64,000 nt of DNA from contig OZ241907.1 in NCBI GenBank assembly GCA_965203515.1, forward strand, positions 736,001-800,000. The letters are read 5' to 3'. The translations under genes and the position numbers were made by a program. This DNA comes from Spirochaetia bacterium (lineage in GTDB: Bacteria; Spirochaetota; Spirochaetia; SZUA-6; Bin103). The notes under the pieces were generated by a model that was given only the letters and a program-made list of their open reading frames with translations, had not been told where the DNA came from and did no database searches. Below are positions 1-8,831 of this stretch, piece by piece (within the stretch, counting starts at the first letter, position 1; each line of letters opens with the position of its first letter).

Positions 1-161
1 ATCGACAGCGTGGGGGAGCGAAACCCGTACAGGCGGATCGCCGGCCGGCCGCCGGCGCCGGCCGCCGAGTCGGCCAACACCTGGTCGACCGCCATGTTCC
101 AGAGGCCGTCCGCCGGCTGGTCGCAGATCATGCGCACCGGTCCGCCGTCGAGCCGGGTCAT
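1..161 (-). CDS. Lipoate-protein ligase / octanoyltransferase family protein, 5' part only (runs off the window)
   Basis: Not in the ORF track. Manual translation from ATG at 161 gives MTRLDGGPVRMICDQPADGLWNMAVDQVLADS...PAIRLYGFRSPTLS, matching the NMAxD...RLYxxxxPTLS start of LplA/LipM proteins. ATGA overlap with the tsaB stop. Confidence 0.8.
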   Translation of the reverse strand, partial: MTRLDGGPVRMICDQPADGLWNMAVDQVLADSAAGAGGRPAIRLYGFRSPTLS

Positions 162-883
162 CGGCGGCCGGGCAGAGCGCGGCCGGGCAGGGCGCGGCCG
201 GGCAGGGCGCGGACGCCCGGCGCCGCCGGTCCCGGCCGGCCCAACTCCGCCTCGCTCGGCCGCAGGTAGGCGGGGCGGGGGAGCGCGCGCCGCACCGCCT
301 GTCGGGCGTAGCGCTGCATGCCGACGGCCAGCAGGGCCGCCGCGTCCGCCTGCTCGGCGCCCGGGTCGAGGGCGATGCCGCCGCCCCACGCCGCGTGCAG
401 CGGCGGCGCCGCCGGCCCGGTCAGCAGGACCGCCGGGTAGGCGCGCAGCCGTTCGCGGATGCGCGCCGGGCTTTCGTCCAGGAAGCCGGTCAGGCGCCGG
501 CCGGAGCGATACAGCGCCGCGTACAGCCGCCCCTTGCGCGCGTCGATGAGCGGCGCCACCACGCCCGGAAAGAAGCGCAGACGGTGTCCGGCGGCGTCGA
601 GCCCGGAGACGCCGAGCAACCCGCAGCGACCGCCGGCGGTCATGCCCAGCGCGGTGGCGATGCCGATGCGGGTGCCGGTGAACGATCCCGGGCCGATGCC
701 GCAGACCACCAGCTCCAGGTCAGCGGCGGTGACGCCGGCCTGTTGAAGGGCGCCTTCGATCAGCGGCGCCAGGCGCGTGCCGTGCTCCAGGCCGACCGCC
801 AGCGAGCACACCGCGGTGGCGCGCGGGGCGGTGACGCACACGCCCATCACCGGCGCGGCGGTATCGAACGCCAGCGCCGTCAC
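158..883 (-). CDS. tsaB: tRNA threonylcarbamoyladenosine biosynthesis protein TsaB
   Basis: LAFDTA start, GIGPGSFTGTRIG and LIDARKGRLY motifs. GTG start overlaps the tsaE stop. Confidence 0.93.
   Translation of the reverse strand: MTALAFDTAAPVMGVCVTAPRATAVCSLAVGLEHGTRLAPLIEGALQQAGVTAADLELVVCGIGPGSFTGTRIGIATALGMTAGGRCGLLGVSGLDAAGHRLRFFPGVVAPLIDARKGRLYAALYRSGRRLTGFLDESPARIRERLRAYPAVLLTGPAAPPLHAAWGGGIALDPGAEQADAAALLAVGMQRYARQAVRRALPRPAYLRPSEAELGRPGPAAPGVRALPGRALPGRALPGRR
166..210. repeat. 3 x 15-bp tandem repeat encoding (RALPG)3 at the TsaB C-terminus
   Basis: ggccgggcagagcgc, ggccgggcagggcgc, ggccgggcagggcgc. Confidence 0.9.
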
Positions 884-1362
884 GCGGCCTCCGGTCGCGC
901 CGCGCCCTGAATGCAAACCGTGCGCCCGCCGCCGGCGGCGACGGCGAAGGTGACCCCGATCGTTCCGGTGATCGGCGGTGCGGCGTGCTCCGGCCACTCC
1001 ACCACGGTGACCCAGGGGCCGTGCAGGATGTCGTCCATGGCGAGCGAGGTGTACTGCGTCGGGGTGGCGATCCGGTACAGATCGACGTGGTAGAGCGTCA
1101 GCCGCCCGCGGTACTCGCTGACCAGCGCGTAGGTGGGACTGGTCACCTCCTCGGCGACCTCGAGGCCGCGGGCGAGCCCCTTGGCGAAGGTGGTCTTGCC
1201 GCTGCCGAGCGGACCGGACAGGGTCACCACGTCGCCGGCGGCGAGCGTGCGGCCAAGGCGCTCGCCGAGCGCTTCGGTCTCCGCCGCCGCGGCCGTGTCG
1301 TAGCGCCGCGGGTCGGCGGCCCGGCCGTCGGCAGCCCGGCCGTCAGCGGACGGGAGGCCCAT
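880..1362 (-). CDS. tsaE: tRNA threonylcarbamoyladenosine biosynthesis ATPase TsaE
   Basis: LSGPLGSGKTTF Walker A, VTSPTY, YHVDLYR, VVEW motifs. Start chosen at ATG 1362 behind a G-rich RBS (the ORF track extends to 1419). Confidence 0.93.
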   Translation of the reverse strand: MGLPSADGRAADGRAADPRRYDTAAAAETEALGERLGRTLAAGDVVTLSGPLGSGKTTFAKGLARGLEVAEEVTSPTYALVSEYRGRLTLYHVDLYRIATPTQYTSLAMDDILHGPWVTVVEWPEHAAPPITGTIGVTFAVAAGGGRTVCIQGAARPEAA

Positions 1363-2047
1363 ACCCCCTTCCATGTCCGCCATGGTAGACGAAGCGGTGG
1401 ATGCGGTTGCGGTGCTCATGCGAAATCCGGGCGAATCGCAGGTCCGCGATCATGCCGGCCGGCCGTCGTGGCCGGGTGCTGCGCGTTCTGCCGACCGCAG
1501 CCACCGGCGTGCGGAGGTCGAGCTCGAACTCGATCCGGGCCAGTCCGCCTTCCTCGAAGGGGCAGAGACCTTCGACCGCGCAGCCGCCGGTCGACACGTC
1601 CATGATCGTCGCCATCACCGTCGGTTCAGGCGCCAGCTCCGCCGGTTGCGAACCTGCGCCGTCCGGCGCCGGGCCCCGCCGCGCCACGCCCCGCTGCGCC
1701 GCCACGCGGAGCGGGGTGACCAGGCACGGCCGTTCGACCTGCCGCCGGCGGGGTGAGCCGTGCGGGTCGCCGGCGGCGCGCCGCTCCAACCGTTCTTCGA
1801 GCCGGAAGTAGCGCGCCACCCAGAGATGGCGTTCCTGCTCCGTCAGCTCCGGCATGCGCTCCACGGCGTCGACCGCCCGCTCCAGCAACTCGGCGAGCAG
1901 TTCCCGGTCGTCCGGCAGGCGCTCCGGGTCCGGGACCGCGTAGCGCCGGGCCAACCCTTCCAGCACCGTCGCGTCGGCCGCGTCGAGTCCGCCTTCGGCG
2001 GCCAGGCGCCGCACGCCGCGCCGGCGTCGGTCGTGGTCCTCCCACAC
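1343..2047 (-). CDS. PilZ-domain protein (c-di-GMP receptor-like)
   Basis: C-terminal part of ORF 1343..4138, with RRRQVER and IMDVSTGG resembling the PilZ RxxxR / DxSxGG motifs. Start uncertain. Confidence 0.7.
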   Translation of the reverse strand: MWEDHDRRRRGVRRLAAEGGLDAADATVLEGLARRYAVPDPERLPDDRELLAELLERAVDAVERMPELTEQERHLWVARYFRLEERLERRAAGDPHGSPRRRQVERPCLVTPLRVAAQRGVARRGPAPDGAGSQPAELAPEPTVMATIMDVSTGGCAVEGLCPFEEGGLARIEFELDLRTPVAAVGRTRSTRPRRPAGMIADLRFARISHEHRNRIHRFVYHGGHGRGYGPPVR

Positions 2048-2070
2048 GGAACGCCCTGCCAGCCGCGCCG

Positions 2071-3177
2071 TCAGCCGCGGACCGCGGCCAGGTAACGGGC
2101 CGCTACCGGGTCGTCGGGGTCGAGCTCGCGGACGGTACGGAAATAGCCGAGGGCGCCCTCGGTATCGCCGAGCCGGAGCCGCAGGACCCCCATGTTGGAG
2201 ATGACGCGCGTGTCCTCCGGCGCCAGCTCCAACGCCAGGCGCAGGCAGCGTTCGCACTCGGCCAGATCGCCCAGCTCCAGGTGGCAGATCGACAGCTCGT
2301 TGAGCGTGTCGGCCTGCGGCTCGCCGTGCTCGAGCGCCTTCTCGAACGCGACGCGCGCCTGCGCGTAATCGCCCGTGCGGCGCAGGCCCCAGCCCAGCAC
2401 GAACCAGCCGTTCCAGGTGTCGGGGTGGTCGCGCACGAAGCGGCGCGCGTGCTCGATGCCCTGCTGCTCGCGGCCGTCGCGGATCGCCGCCACCGCGTCG
2501 CGGAACAGCGCGTCGCCCAGCCCCTCGGCGTCGATCCGCTCGCGCAGCGCCTGCGCCTGTTGCAGCTTCTCCGGGTCCGCGCCGTACTTCAGATAGAGGT
2601 CCAGATGGCGGCGGCAACTGGCGTGATCGGCCATCTCGGAGTGGAAGAAGGCGAGGTTGAAGTGGGCGTCGGGGAACAGCGGATCGATGTCGAGCGCCCG
2701 CCGGTAGGCGGTCAGCACCTCGCGGCGGCGGCGCTCGGCCTCGTCCCGGTCCTCGGCGTGCAGCGCGGCGCGCACCCGCTCCTCGTAGGTGAGCGCGAGG
2801 TTGACCGCGGGTTGCGGGTCTTCCGGGAACAGGCCGATCAACGCCAGGAACAGTTCTTCCGCCAAGTCCAGGTCGCCGTTGCGCGCCTTGAAGATGGCCG
2901 CTTCGGTCAGCTCCCCGTTGATGCCCGGCCGCACCGCGCATACGAAGCGGCGGAAGTACGCGGCGTCGCGGTGTCCCGGGCGGTATGCCAGCACCTTGAG
3001 CGTGCCGGCGAGAATCGCCTCCCAGGTGATCTCCTCCGGGTCGACGTCGCCGGCCTCGTCGTCGATCTCCAGCGGCAGCGGGATGGCGGGATCGACCTCG
3101 AACCGGCCGACGCGCACGTCGGTGACGTCGGGGAGATCGATGAAGACGATACGCTCCAAGGGGTCGGTTCGTGACAC
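2071..3177 (-). CDS. Tetratricopeptide repeat protein
   Basis: Several TPR-like helical repeats (AHFNLAFF, GWFVLGWGL, TLNELSIC, VISNMGVL). Start approximate. Confidence 0.85.
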   Translation of the reverse strand: MSRTDPLERIVFIDLPDVTDVRVGRFEVDPAIPLPLEIDDEAGDVDPEEITWEAILAGTLKVLAYRPGHRDAAYFRRFVCAVRPGINGELTEAAIFKARNGDLDLAEELFLALIGLFPEDPQPAVNLALTYEERVRAALHAEDRDEAERRRREVLTAYRRALDIDPLFPDAHFNLAFFHSEMADHASCRRHLDLYLKYGADPEKLQQAQALRERIDAEGLGDALFRDAVAAIRDGREQQGIEHARRFVRDHPDTWNGWFVLGWGLRRTGDYAQARVAFEKALEHGEPQADTLNELSICHLELGDLAECERCLRLALELAPEDTRVISNMGVLRLRLGDTEGALGYFRTVRELDPDDPVAARYLAAVRG

Positions 3178-3214
3178 TACAATGACCGCTCGACGAGCGT
3201 AGCAGGAGAAGACG

Positions 3215-4288
3215 GTGGCCAACTACTCGGTGTTCGGCATGGGCAATCCGCTCATGGACCTGATCGGCCGCGTGCCCGCCGAGCGGCTGGCGCGCATCGG
3301 CGCGGCGCCGGGGACCATGTCCCTGGTCGACGCCGAGCGCGCGGCCCAGGTCGCCGGCGGGCTCCGCCGGCACGAGCGGCGGCCGGGCGGAAGCTGCGCC
3401 AACACGCTGCGCGGGCTGGCGTGGCTGGCGCGGGCCGGCGGCGGCGCGCCGGCGCCGCCGGTGATGACCGGCATGGTCGGCGACGACCCGCTGGGCCGGG
3501 AGCTCGACCGGCGGCTCGCCGCGGCGGGGGTCGCCTCCGGACTCGGCACGCATCCGCACGAGCCGACCGGCACTTCGGTGGTTCTGGTCACCCCCGACGG
3601 CCAGCGCACCATGTTCACTTCGCTGGGGGCGTGCCGGACGCTGACCGCCGGCCACCTCGACCGGGCGGCGATCGCCGCCAGCGCCTGCTTCTACGCGACC
3701 GCCTACCTGTGGGGGCCGGACCGGCCGGAGGGGGCGCTCCGCGCGGCCGCGGCCGAGGCGCGGGCCGGCGGCGTACCGGTCGCCTTCGACGTGGCCGACG
3801 TGCTGGTGGTGCGCGAGTTCGGCCGCGAGCTGCTCGACTGGATCGCAGGGTCGGTCGATCTGCTGTTCGCCAACGAGCAGGAAGCGCGCGCGCTCGCCGC
3901 GCTCGTCAGCGGCGCGCCGGCCGGCGGCGATGCGCAGTCCGCCTGCGTGCCGCTGGCCGGCGTGGCGCCGTCGGTGGTGGTCAAGCTGGGGGCGGCGGGG
4001 TGCCTGGTGTGGGAGCGCGGCGCGGCGGCGGCGCGTATCGCCGCCGTGCCGGCCGACGCGATCGACACGACCGGGGCCGGAGATTCGTTCGCCGCCGGCT
4101 ACCTGCACGCGATGCTGGCCGGCGGCAGCGCCGCGCAAGCGGCTGCGCTGGGCAATCGCGTGGCCGCCGCCATCGTCGCGGTCGACGGCTGCGACTATGA
4201 GGCGATCGACTACTCGGCGGTCTTGGCAGGCGGTTCGGTCGCCGCGCCGGCGGGTCCGTCGCCATCGCCGCCGGCGACCAGCGTCTGA
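3215..4288 (+). CDS. PfkB-family carbohydrate/adenosine kinase
   Basis: GMGNPLMD, PGGSCAN, LFANEQEA and DTTGAGDSFAAG signatures. AGGAG RBS upstream. Confidence 0.92.
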   Translation: MANYSVFGMGNPLMDLIGRVPAERLARIGAAPGTMSLVDAERAAQVAGGLRRHERRPGGSCANTLRGLAWLARAGGGAPAPPVMTGMVGDDPLGRELDRRLAAAGVASGLGTHPHEPTGTSVVLVTPDGQRTMFTSLGACRTLTAGHLDRAAIAASACFYATAYLWGPDRPEGALRAAAAEARAGGVPVAFDVADVLVVREFGRELLDWIAGSVDLLFANEQEARALAALVSGAPAGGDAQSACVPLAGVAPSVVVKLGAAGCLVWERGAAAARIAAVPADAIDTTGAGDSFAAGYLHAMLAGGSAAQAAALGNRVAAAIVAVDGCDYEAIDYSAVLAGGSVAAPAGPSPSPPATSV

Positions 4289-4566
4289 TCGATCATCCCG
4301 ATCAGGCGGTTGGCGATCTCCCCGGCGGCGTGCGCGTCGCGGACGGTCTCCGCATTCTCCTTGCGCGCCTTGAAGAGCTCGTCGGTGATGTTGAGCCCGG
4401 AGACGATGGCCACGCGCAGGGAGTCGGCCTGCGGCATCGCGCGCCGGGCTTCGGCGACGCGGCTGGAGAAGTGCTCGATGAGCTCGGTGAGGTGCTCGGT
4501 CGATTCATCCGACTTGATCGTGAAGGACGAGCCCAGAATGTCGACTTTCTCAAGGTTCTTGGCCAC
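4210..4566 (-). CDS. zapA: Cell division protein ZapA
   Basis: VDILGSSFTIK...LRVAIVSGLNITDELF pattern. Lies downstream of rplT and a coiled-coil gene. Confidence 0.85.
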   Translation of the reverse strand: MAKNLEKVDILGSSFTIKSDESTEHLTELIEHFSSRVAEARRAMPQADSLRVAIVSGLNITDELFKARKENAETVRDAHAAGEIANRLIGMIDQTLVAGGDGDGPAGAATEPPAKTAE

Positions 4567-4605
4567 CGGCTACTCCTCACCGCGCGCCGGCGTCCTTACC
4601 CGGCG

Positions 4606-5022
4606 TTACGGTGCACCACCGGTACCGAACGATCTGTCGCCGGTCGCGGCCGCACCGGAGTCGGGAGGACTCGGCGGCGCCGGCGGGAGATCGGCGGGGA
4701 CCGCGACCTGGTCGGTCTGGTCGGTTTGGTCGGCCGGCTCCGCCGGCCGGTCTTCCTGCTGCATCTCCGCCCAGTCGTCCTCCAGACCGTCGAGCTTGTC
4801 CAGCGTGCGCAGGATGATCTGCTCCACGTTCTCCTGATCGCTGCGCAGGCTGTCGAGCATCTCCTCCTGCTGCTTCGACCGCACCTGGGACTCCTGGAGC
4901 CGCTCCCGCGACTCGGAGAGCTCCGCGCTCAGCTTGCGGTTCTCGGCGCGCAAGCGCTCGATCAGATCGACCGCGCGCAGTACCCGCGCCTCCAGGTCGG
5001 CGATCTGCTGGACGCGGATCAT
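4606..5022 (-). CDS. zapB: Coiled-coil cell division protein ZapB-like
   Basis: Heptad coiled coil (LEARVLRAVDLIERLRAEN) between rplT and zapA. Low-complexity tail. Confidence 0.7.
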   Translation of the reverse strand: MIRVQQIADLEARVLRAVDLIERLRAENRKLSAELSESRERLQESQVRSKQQEEMLDSLRSDQENVEQIILRTLDKLDGLEDDWAEMQQEDRPAEPADQTDQTDQVAVPADLPPAPPSPPDSGAAATGDRSFGTGGAP

Positions 5023-5387
5023 GACGGCGTGGCGGCCAGTTCCGCCCGGGCGCGATCGACGATCGCTTCGAAGGCCGCCGGGTCCTCGATGGCCAGGTTG
5101 GAGAGCGCCTTGCGGTTCAGGGCGATCCCGGCCCGCGCCAGCCCGTGCATGAACTGCGAGTAGCGCAGGTCGTGCTGGCGGCAGGCGGCCGAGATGCGCG
5201 CGATCCAGAGGCGCCGGAACTCCCCCTTGCGGCGCCGGCGGTCGCGGTAGGCGTACATGCCCGCCTTGGCCAGCGCATCCTTGGCCGTGCGGTACAGCTT
5301 GCTGCGCCGCCCCCAGTAGCCCTTGGCCTGCTTGAGGATCTTGCGCCGCTTGGCGTGGTGCTTGCGGCTGTCGGTCGCTCGTGACAT
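5019..5387 (-). CDS. rplT: 50S ribosomal protein L20
   Basis: KILKQAKGYWG, AYRDRR, FRRLWIARI, LNRKALSNLA. Confidence 0.98.
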   Translation of the reverse strand: MSRATDSRKHHAKRRKILKQAKGYWGRRSKLYRTAKDALAKAGMYAYRDRRRRKGEFRRLWIARISAACRQHDLRYSQFMHGLARAGIALNRKALSNLAIEDPAAFEAIVDRARAELAATPS

Positions 5388-5395
5388 GGGTCTCT

Positions 5396-5602
5396 CTATC
5401 CTTTCGGCAGCAGGAGGCGGATGCGCTTGTGCTCGGCCGGGCTGAGCAGTCCCGAGCGCCGCAGCTTGCGCTTCCGCTTGCTGGCCTTCTTGGTCAGTAT
5501 GTGGCGAAGCCCCTGCTTCTTGTACTTCACCTTGCCCTTCGCGGTGACGCTGAAGCGCTTGGCGGTGCTGCGGTGGGTCTTGGTTTTGGTCTTCATCGTC
5601 AC
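5396..5602 (-). CDS. rpmI: 50S ribosomal protein L35
   Basis: [12 protein letters not shown]...HILTKK. Lies between infC and rplT. Confidence 0.97.
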   Translation of the reverse strand: MTMKTKTKTHRSTAKRFSVTAKGKVKYKKQGLRHILTKKASKRKRKLRRSGLLSPAEHKRIRLLLPKG

Positions 5603-6114
5603 TTTCTCGACTTCGGACTCAGGACCATCGACATGAAGCGGCCCTCCATCTGCGCCGACCGCGTCAACACCGCGTACTCCCGCGTGCGTTCCACCACGCG
5701 GTCGAGCACGGCGCGGCCGATCTCCGTATGGGCGAGCTCGCGGCCCCGGAACCGGACGGTCACCTTCACCTTGTTCCCCTGGTCCAGAAACGTCTTGATG
5801 TGCTTGGACTTGAAGTCCAGGTCGTGGGAGTCGATCTTGGGCTGCATGCGGATTTCCTTGAGCTTGGTGAGCCGCTGCCGCTTCTTCGACTCGCGAATGC
5901 GCTTTTCCTGCTCGAACTTGTACTTGCCGTAGTCGAGCAGCTTGCAGACGGGGGGCCGGGCCGTCGGGGACACCTCCACCAGATCCAGACCTGTCTGCCG
6001 CGCTGAACTGAGCGCCTCTTCTGTCGGGACGACACCGAGCTGGGCGCCGTCGGCGCCGATCAGACGCACTTCCCGCACCCGGATCATGTCGTTCACCCTG
6101 AGATCCTTGACCAA
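5599..6114 (-). CDS. infC: Translation initiation factor IF-3 (TTG start)
   Basis: [41 protein letters not shown]. In-frame TAA just upstream and AAGGAGG RBS. Confidence 0.98.
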   Translation of the reverse strand: MVKDLRVNDMIRVREVRLIGADGAQLGVVPTEEALSSARQTGLDLVEVSPTARPPVCKLLDYGKYKFEQEKRIRESKKRQRLTKLKEIRMQPKIDSHDLDFKSKHIKTFLDQGNKVKVTVRFRGRELAHTEIGRAVLDRVVERTREYAVLTRSAQMEGRFMSMVLSPKSRK

Positions 6115-6263
6115 TAAGCCTCCTTAGGCGAAATCGCCTCCTTTGACCCGCACCATACTACAGTTGTCGGCCCGTGGCTACCGCCGCTACAGGCGGCCGG
6201 AGCCGCCGGTCATGCCGGGGTCCCGTTGAAGCGCCCCTGAGCTCCCGAGTAGGATCGAGCGCC

Positions 6264-7304
6264 GTGGATCGACGTGAGTTCCTGAAGAAGACCGGCGCCG
6301 GCGCGGCCGCCGCGGCCGCGGTGATCGGCGCGCCGGCGATCGCGCGCGCCCGGTCGCCGATCGTCTGGCGCCTGCAGACCTACGCCGGCGGCCCGCTGGC
6401 GGAGCACGTGGTGAAACCGGCCGTCGACGCGTTCAATCGCATCGCCGACGGCGAGATGACGATCGAGCTGTACACGGCCGACCAGCTCGTGCCGACCGCC
6501 GAGCTGTTCGGCGCGCTGCAGAGCGGCGTGGTGGACGCGGTGCAGAGCGACGACGACTCAATGGCGTCGCCCGCCGACGTCGCCGTGTTCGGCGGGTACT
6601 TCCCGTTCGGCACGCGGCACAGCCTCGACCTGCCGGTGCTGTTCGAGCGGTACGGCCTGAACGAGATCTGGGCGGAGGCGTATGACGAGATCGACGGGGT
6701 CACTTGGTTGAGCGCGGGCGCCTGGGACCCGTGCCACTTCATCACCGTCGATCCGATCCGCAGCCTGGCCGATCTGCGCGGCAAGCGCCTGTTCACCATT
6801 CCGACCGCCGGCCGGTTCCTGTCCCGGTTCGGCGTGGCGCCGGTCACCCTGCCGTGGGACGACGTGGCGGCGGCGCTGCGCGGCGGGACGCTCGACGGAC
6901 TTGCCTGGTCCGGCATCACGGAGGCGTACGCCGTGGGCTGGGCGGACGCGACCCGGTACTTCCTGACCAACAACCTCTCCGGCGCGTGGTGCGGATCGTT
7001 CTTCGCCAACTCCGACTCCTGGAACGCGCTGCCGGCCCGCCTGCAGGAGCTGTTCCGCGTCTGCATCGACAGCTCGCACTACTACCGCCAGCACTGGTAC
7101 TGGGGCGGCGAGGCGCAGCTCCGCACCGCCGGCGCCAAGCTGCAGCTCACCTCCATCCCCGACGAGGAATGGAAGCAGGTGGAGGACGAGGCGCTCAGGT
7201 TCTGGGACGAGGTCGCCCGGACCAGTCCGCGCGCCGCCCGCGTCATCGCCATCCTCAAGGAGTACCGCGCGACCATGGAGCAGGCCGGCCCCCCCTACTC
7301 ATAG
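6264..7304 (+). CDS. TRAP transporter substrate-binding protein (DctP/TakP-like) with Tat signal
   Basis: MDRREFLK twin-arginine signal, WRLQT, DLRGKRL. No DctQM genes adjacent. Confidence 0.88.
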   Translation: MDRREFLKKTGAGAAAAAAVIGAPAIARARSPIVWRLQTYAGGPLAEHVVKPAVDAFNRIADGEMTIELYTADQLVPTAELFGALQSGVVDAVQSDDDSMASPADVAVFGGYFPFGTRHSLDLPVLFERYGLNEIWAEAYDEIDGVTWLSAGAWDPCHFITVDPIRSLADLRGKRLFTIPTAGRFLSRFGVAPVTLPWDDVAAALRGGTLDGLAWSGITEAYAVGWADATRYFLTNNLSGAWCGSFFANSDSWNALPARLQELFRVCIDSSHYYRQHWYWGGEAQLRTAGAKLQLTSIPDEEWKQVEDEALRFWDEVARTSPRAARVIAILKEYRATMEQAGPPYS

Positions 7305-7457
7305 CTCATCGTCATCCCTCCGTCGTACTCGCGGCGGTCGTCGGCGTACAATGGCCGCCATGGAACGGCAGACAGATTCGGGAGGGGCAGCATCGGGCTC
7401 GGCCGCGCCGGCGGCGGCAGCGTGCGGACCGCGCGCCTCCGACAAGAAGACCTCCGC

Positions 7458-8723
7458 ATGAGGCTGCGTTCGGTCGAGATCGACAACTATCGCGCGGTGA
7501 AACATCTCAAGCTGGCCCTCGACCCGCGGCTGACGGTGTTTCACGGCGACAACGCGCAGGGAAAGACGAGCGTCCTGAATGCGATCGCCGTCGGCCTTGG
7601 TCTCGTTCCGACTCTGCTGGCCGGGGTCTCGGGTATCGGGTTTCTCGATACGGATAGAAGACGGTCAGCCCGCTACGTGCGGGTAGCGCTGGAAACGACT
7701 GACGGCACCCTCTGGGAACGACAAAAAGGACGAGGACCCAAATCCATCGGCGTTCGATCGCTGCGCGATAAGATCGAGGACATCTTCAGCGCGGACGAAC
7801 AGGGTGAGGAGATCGACCTGCCGATCGTCGCGTTCTACGGCGCGGACCGGGCGGCGTTCAGCGTTCCTCAACGACGCAGCGGATACCGCGAGAGCTCCCG
7901 CTACGCCGCTTTGGAGGGAGCGCTATCCGCCAGTATCGACTTCCGTCAGTTCTTCGAATGGTTCAAGGCCAAGGAGGACGAGGAGCTCAGGCACCAGAAA
8001 CGGGACCCGAAGGCGGTATCGACCGAGCTGGAGGCCGTCCGCACGGCGATCACCTCCATGATTCCCGGCGCATCTCAGCCACGGATCGAATTCGGTCCGC
8101 TCCGTTTCGTGGTTTCGCTGGATGCGAAGTCCGGGGGGCGGGAGGAACTCACGCTCGACCAGATGGGCGGCGGCTATCGAGTCGTGCTGGCGCTCGCGGC
8201 GGATCTCGCGCGGCGCATGGCCCAGGGCAACCCGCACCGCGCCGCCCCGTGCGCCTGCGAGGCGATCGTGCTGATCGACGAAATCGACCTGCACCTGCAT
8301 CCTGCGTGGCAACAGCGTGTCCTGGACGACCTGTTGCGTACATTTCCGAATACCCAGTTCCTCGTGTCCACGCACAGCCCGCAGGTGCTGACCTCCGTCA
8401 AACCGGAACGGATCGTGGAACTGAGCCGGGAGAATGGCGCTGTGATCCCCGGATATATCGGCGGGATAGCCACTTACGGCGCCGAAGCGGGGGATGTTCT
8501 AGCTCTGGTGATGGGCGTGCCGAACCGCCCCAGGGACAACGAGTTCGTAAAGAAGCTCGATCGATACCGGCGCCTTGTCGCCGATGGCGAAGGGGAATCC
8601 GAAGAAGCTCGCAGACTCAGATCGGAACTGGACCGCATCTCGCCGTATGACCACGCATTGGACGAAGCCGACGTGGAAATCAGACGGCGCACGGTGCTGA
8701 AGAGTTTGGGCAAACGCCTGTGA
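7458..8723 (+). CDS. ABC/SMC-like AAA ATPase (PtuA / retron-effector-ATPase-like)
   Basis: GDNAQGKT Walker A, QMGGG degenerate signature, LIDEIDLHLHPAWQ Walker B/D-loop, STHSP H-loop. Less GC-rich than the flanks. Confidence 0.85.
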   Translation: MRLRSVEIDNYRAVKHLKLALDPRLTVFHGDNAQGKTSVLNAIAVGLGLVPTLLAGVSGIGFLDTDRRRSARYVRVALETTDGTLWERQKGRGPKSIGVRSLRDKIEDIFSADEQGEEIDLPIVAFYGADRAAFSVPQRRSGYRESSRYAALEGALSASIDFRQFFEWFKAKEDEELRHQKRDPKAVSTELEAVRTAITSMIPGASQPRIEFGPLRFVVSLDAKSGGREELTLDQMGGGYRVVLALAADLARRMAQGNPHRAAPCACEAIVLIDEIDLHLHPAWQQRVLDDLLRTFPNTQFLVSTHSPQVLTSVKPERIVELSRENGAVIPGYIGGIATYGAEAGDVLALVMGVPNRPRDNEFVKKLDRYRRLVADGEGESEEARRLRSELDRISPYDHALDEADVEIRRRTVLKSLGKRL

Positions 8724-8803
8724 AGCGCATCTTCACCACCATTCGGTCCTGGTTCGGTGATTACGGTGAGCGTGTGCTGGACCAGAATCGGCGATGGGTT
8801 TGA
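8720..8803 (+). pseudogene. 27-codon ORF, probable internally deleted partner (HNH nuclease-like) of the ATPase
   Basis: GTGA overlap with the ATPase stop; reads MKRIFTTIRSWFGDYGERVLDQNRRWV*. HNH identity is inferred from position and termini only. Confidence 0.45.
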
Positions 8804-8831
8804 GCAGCCGGCTGCCGCCTACAGGCTGACG

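Noticed and set aside
1343..4138. 931 aa PilZ fusion protein
   Set aside because: Only the last ~235 codons look coding; the rest overlaps the TPR and PfkB genes in other frames.
4210..4288. Convergent 3' overlaps (pfkB/zapA; also 30394-30437 and 50425-50519) as antisense regulation
   Set aside because: The overlaps involve low-complexity tails and are readily explained by stop-codon scarcity in high-GC DNA.
7305..8830. Retron, suggested by the PtuA/Ec78-type ATPase
   Set aside because: No reverse transcriptase (YADD-like motif) in the window and no convincing msr/msd inverted repeats beside the ATPase.
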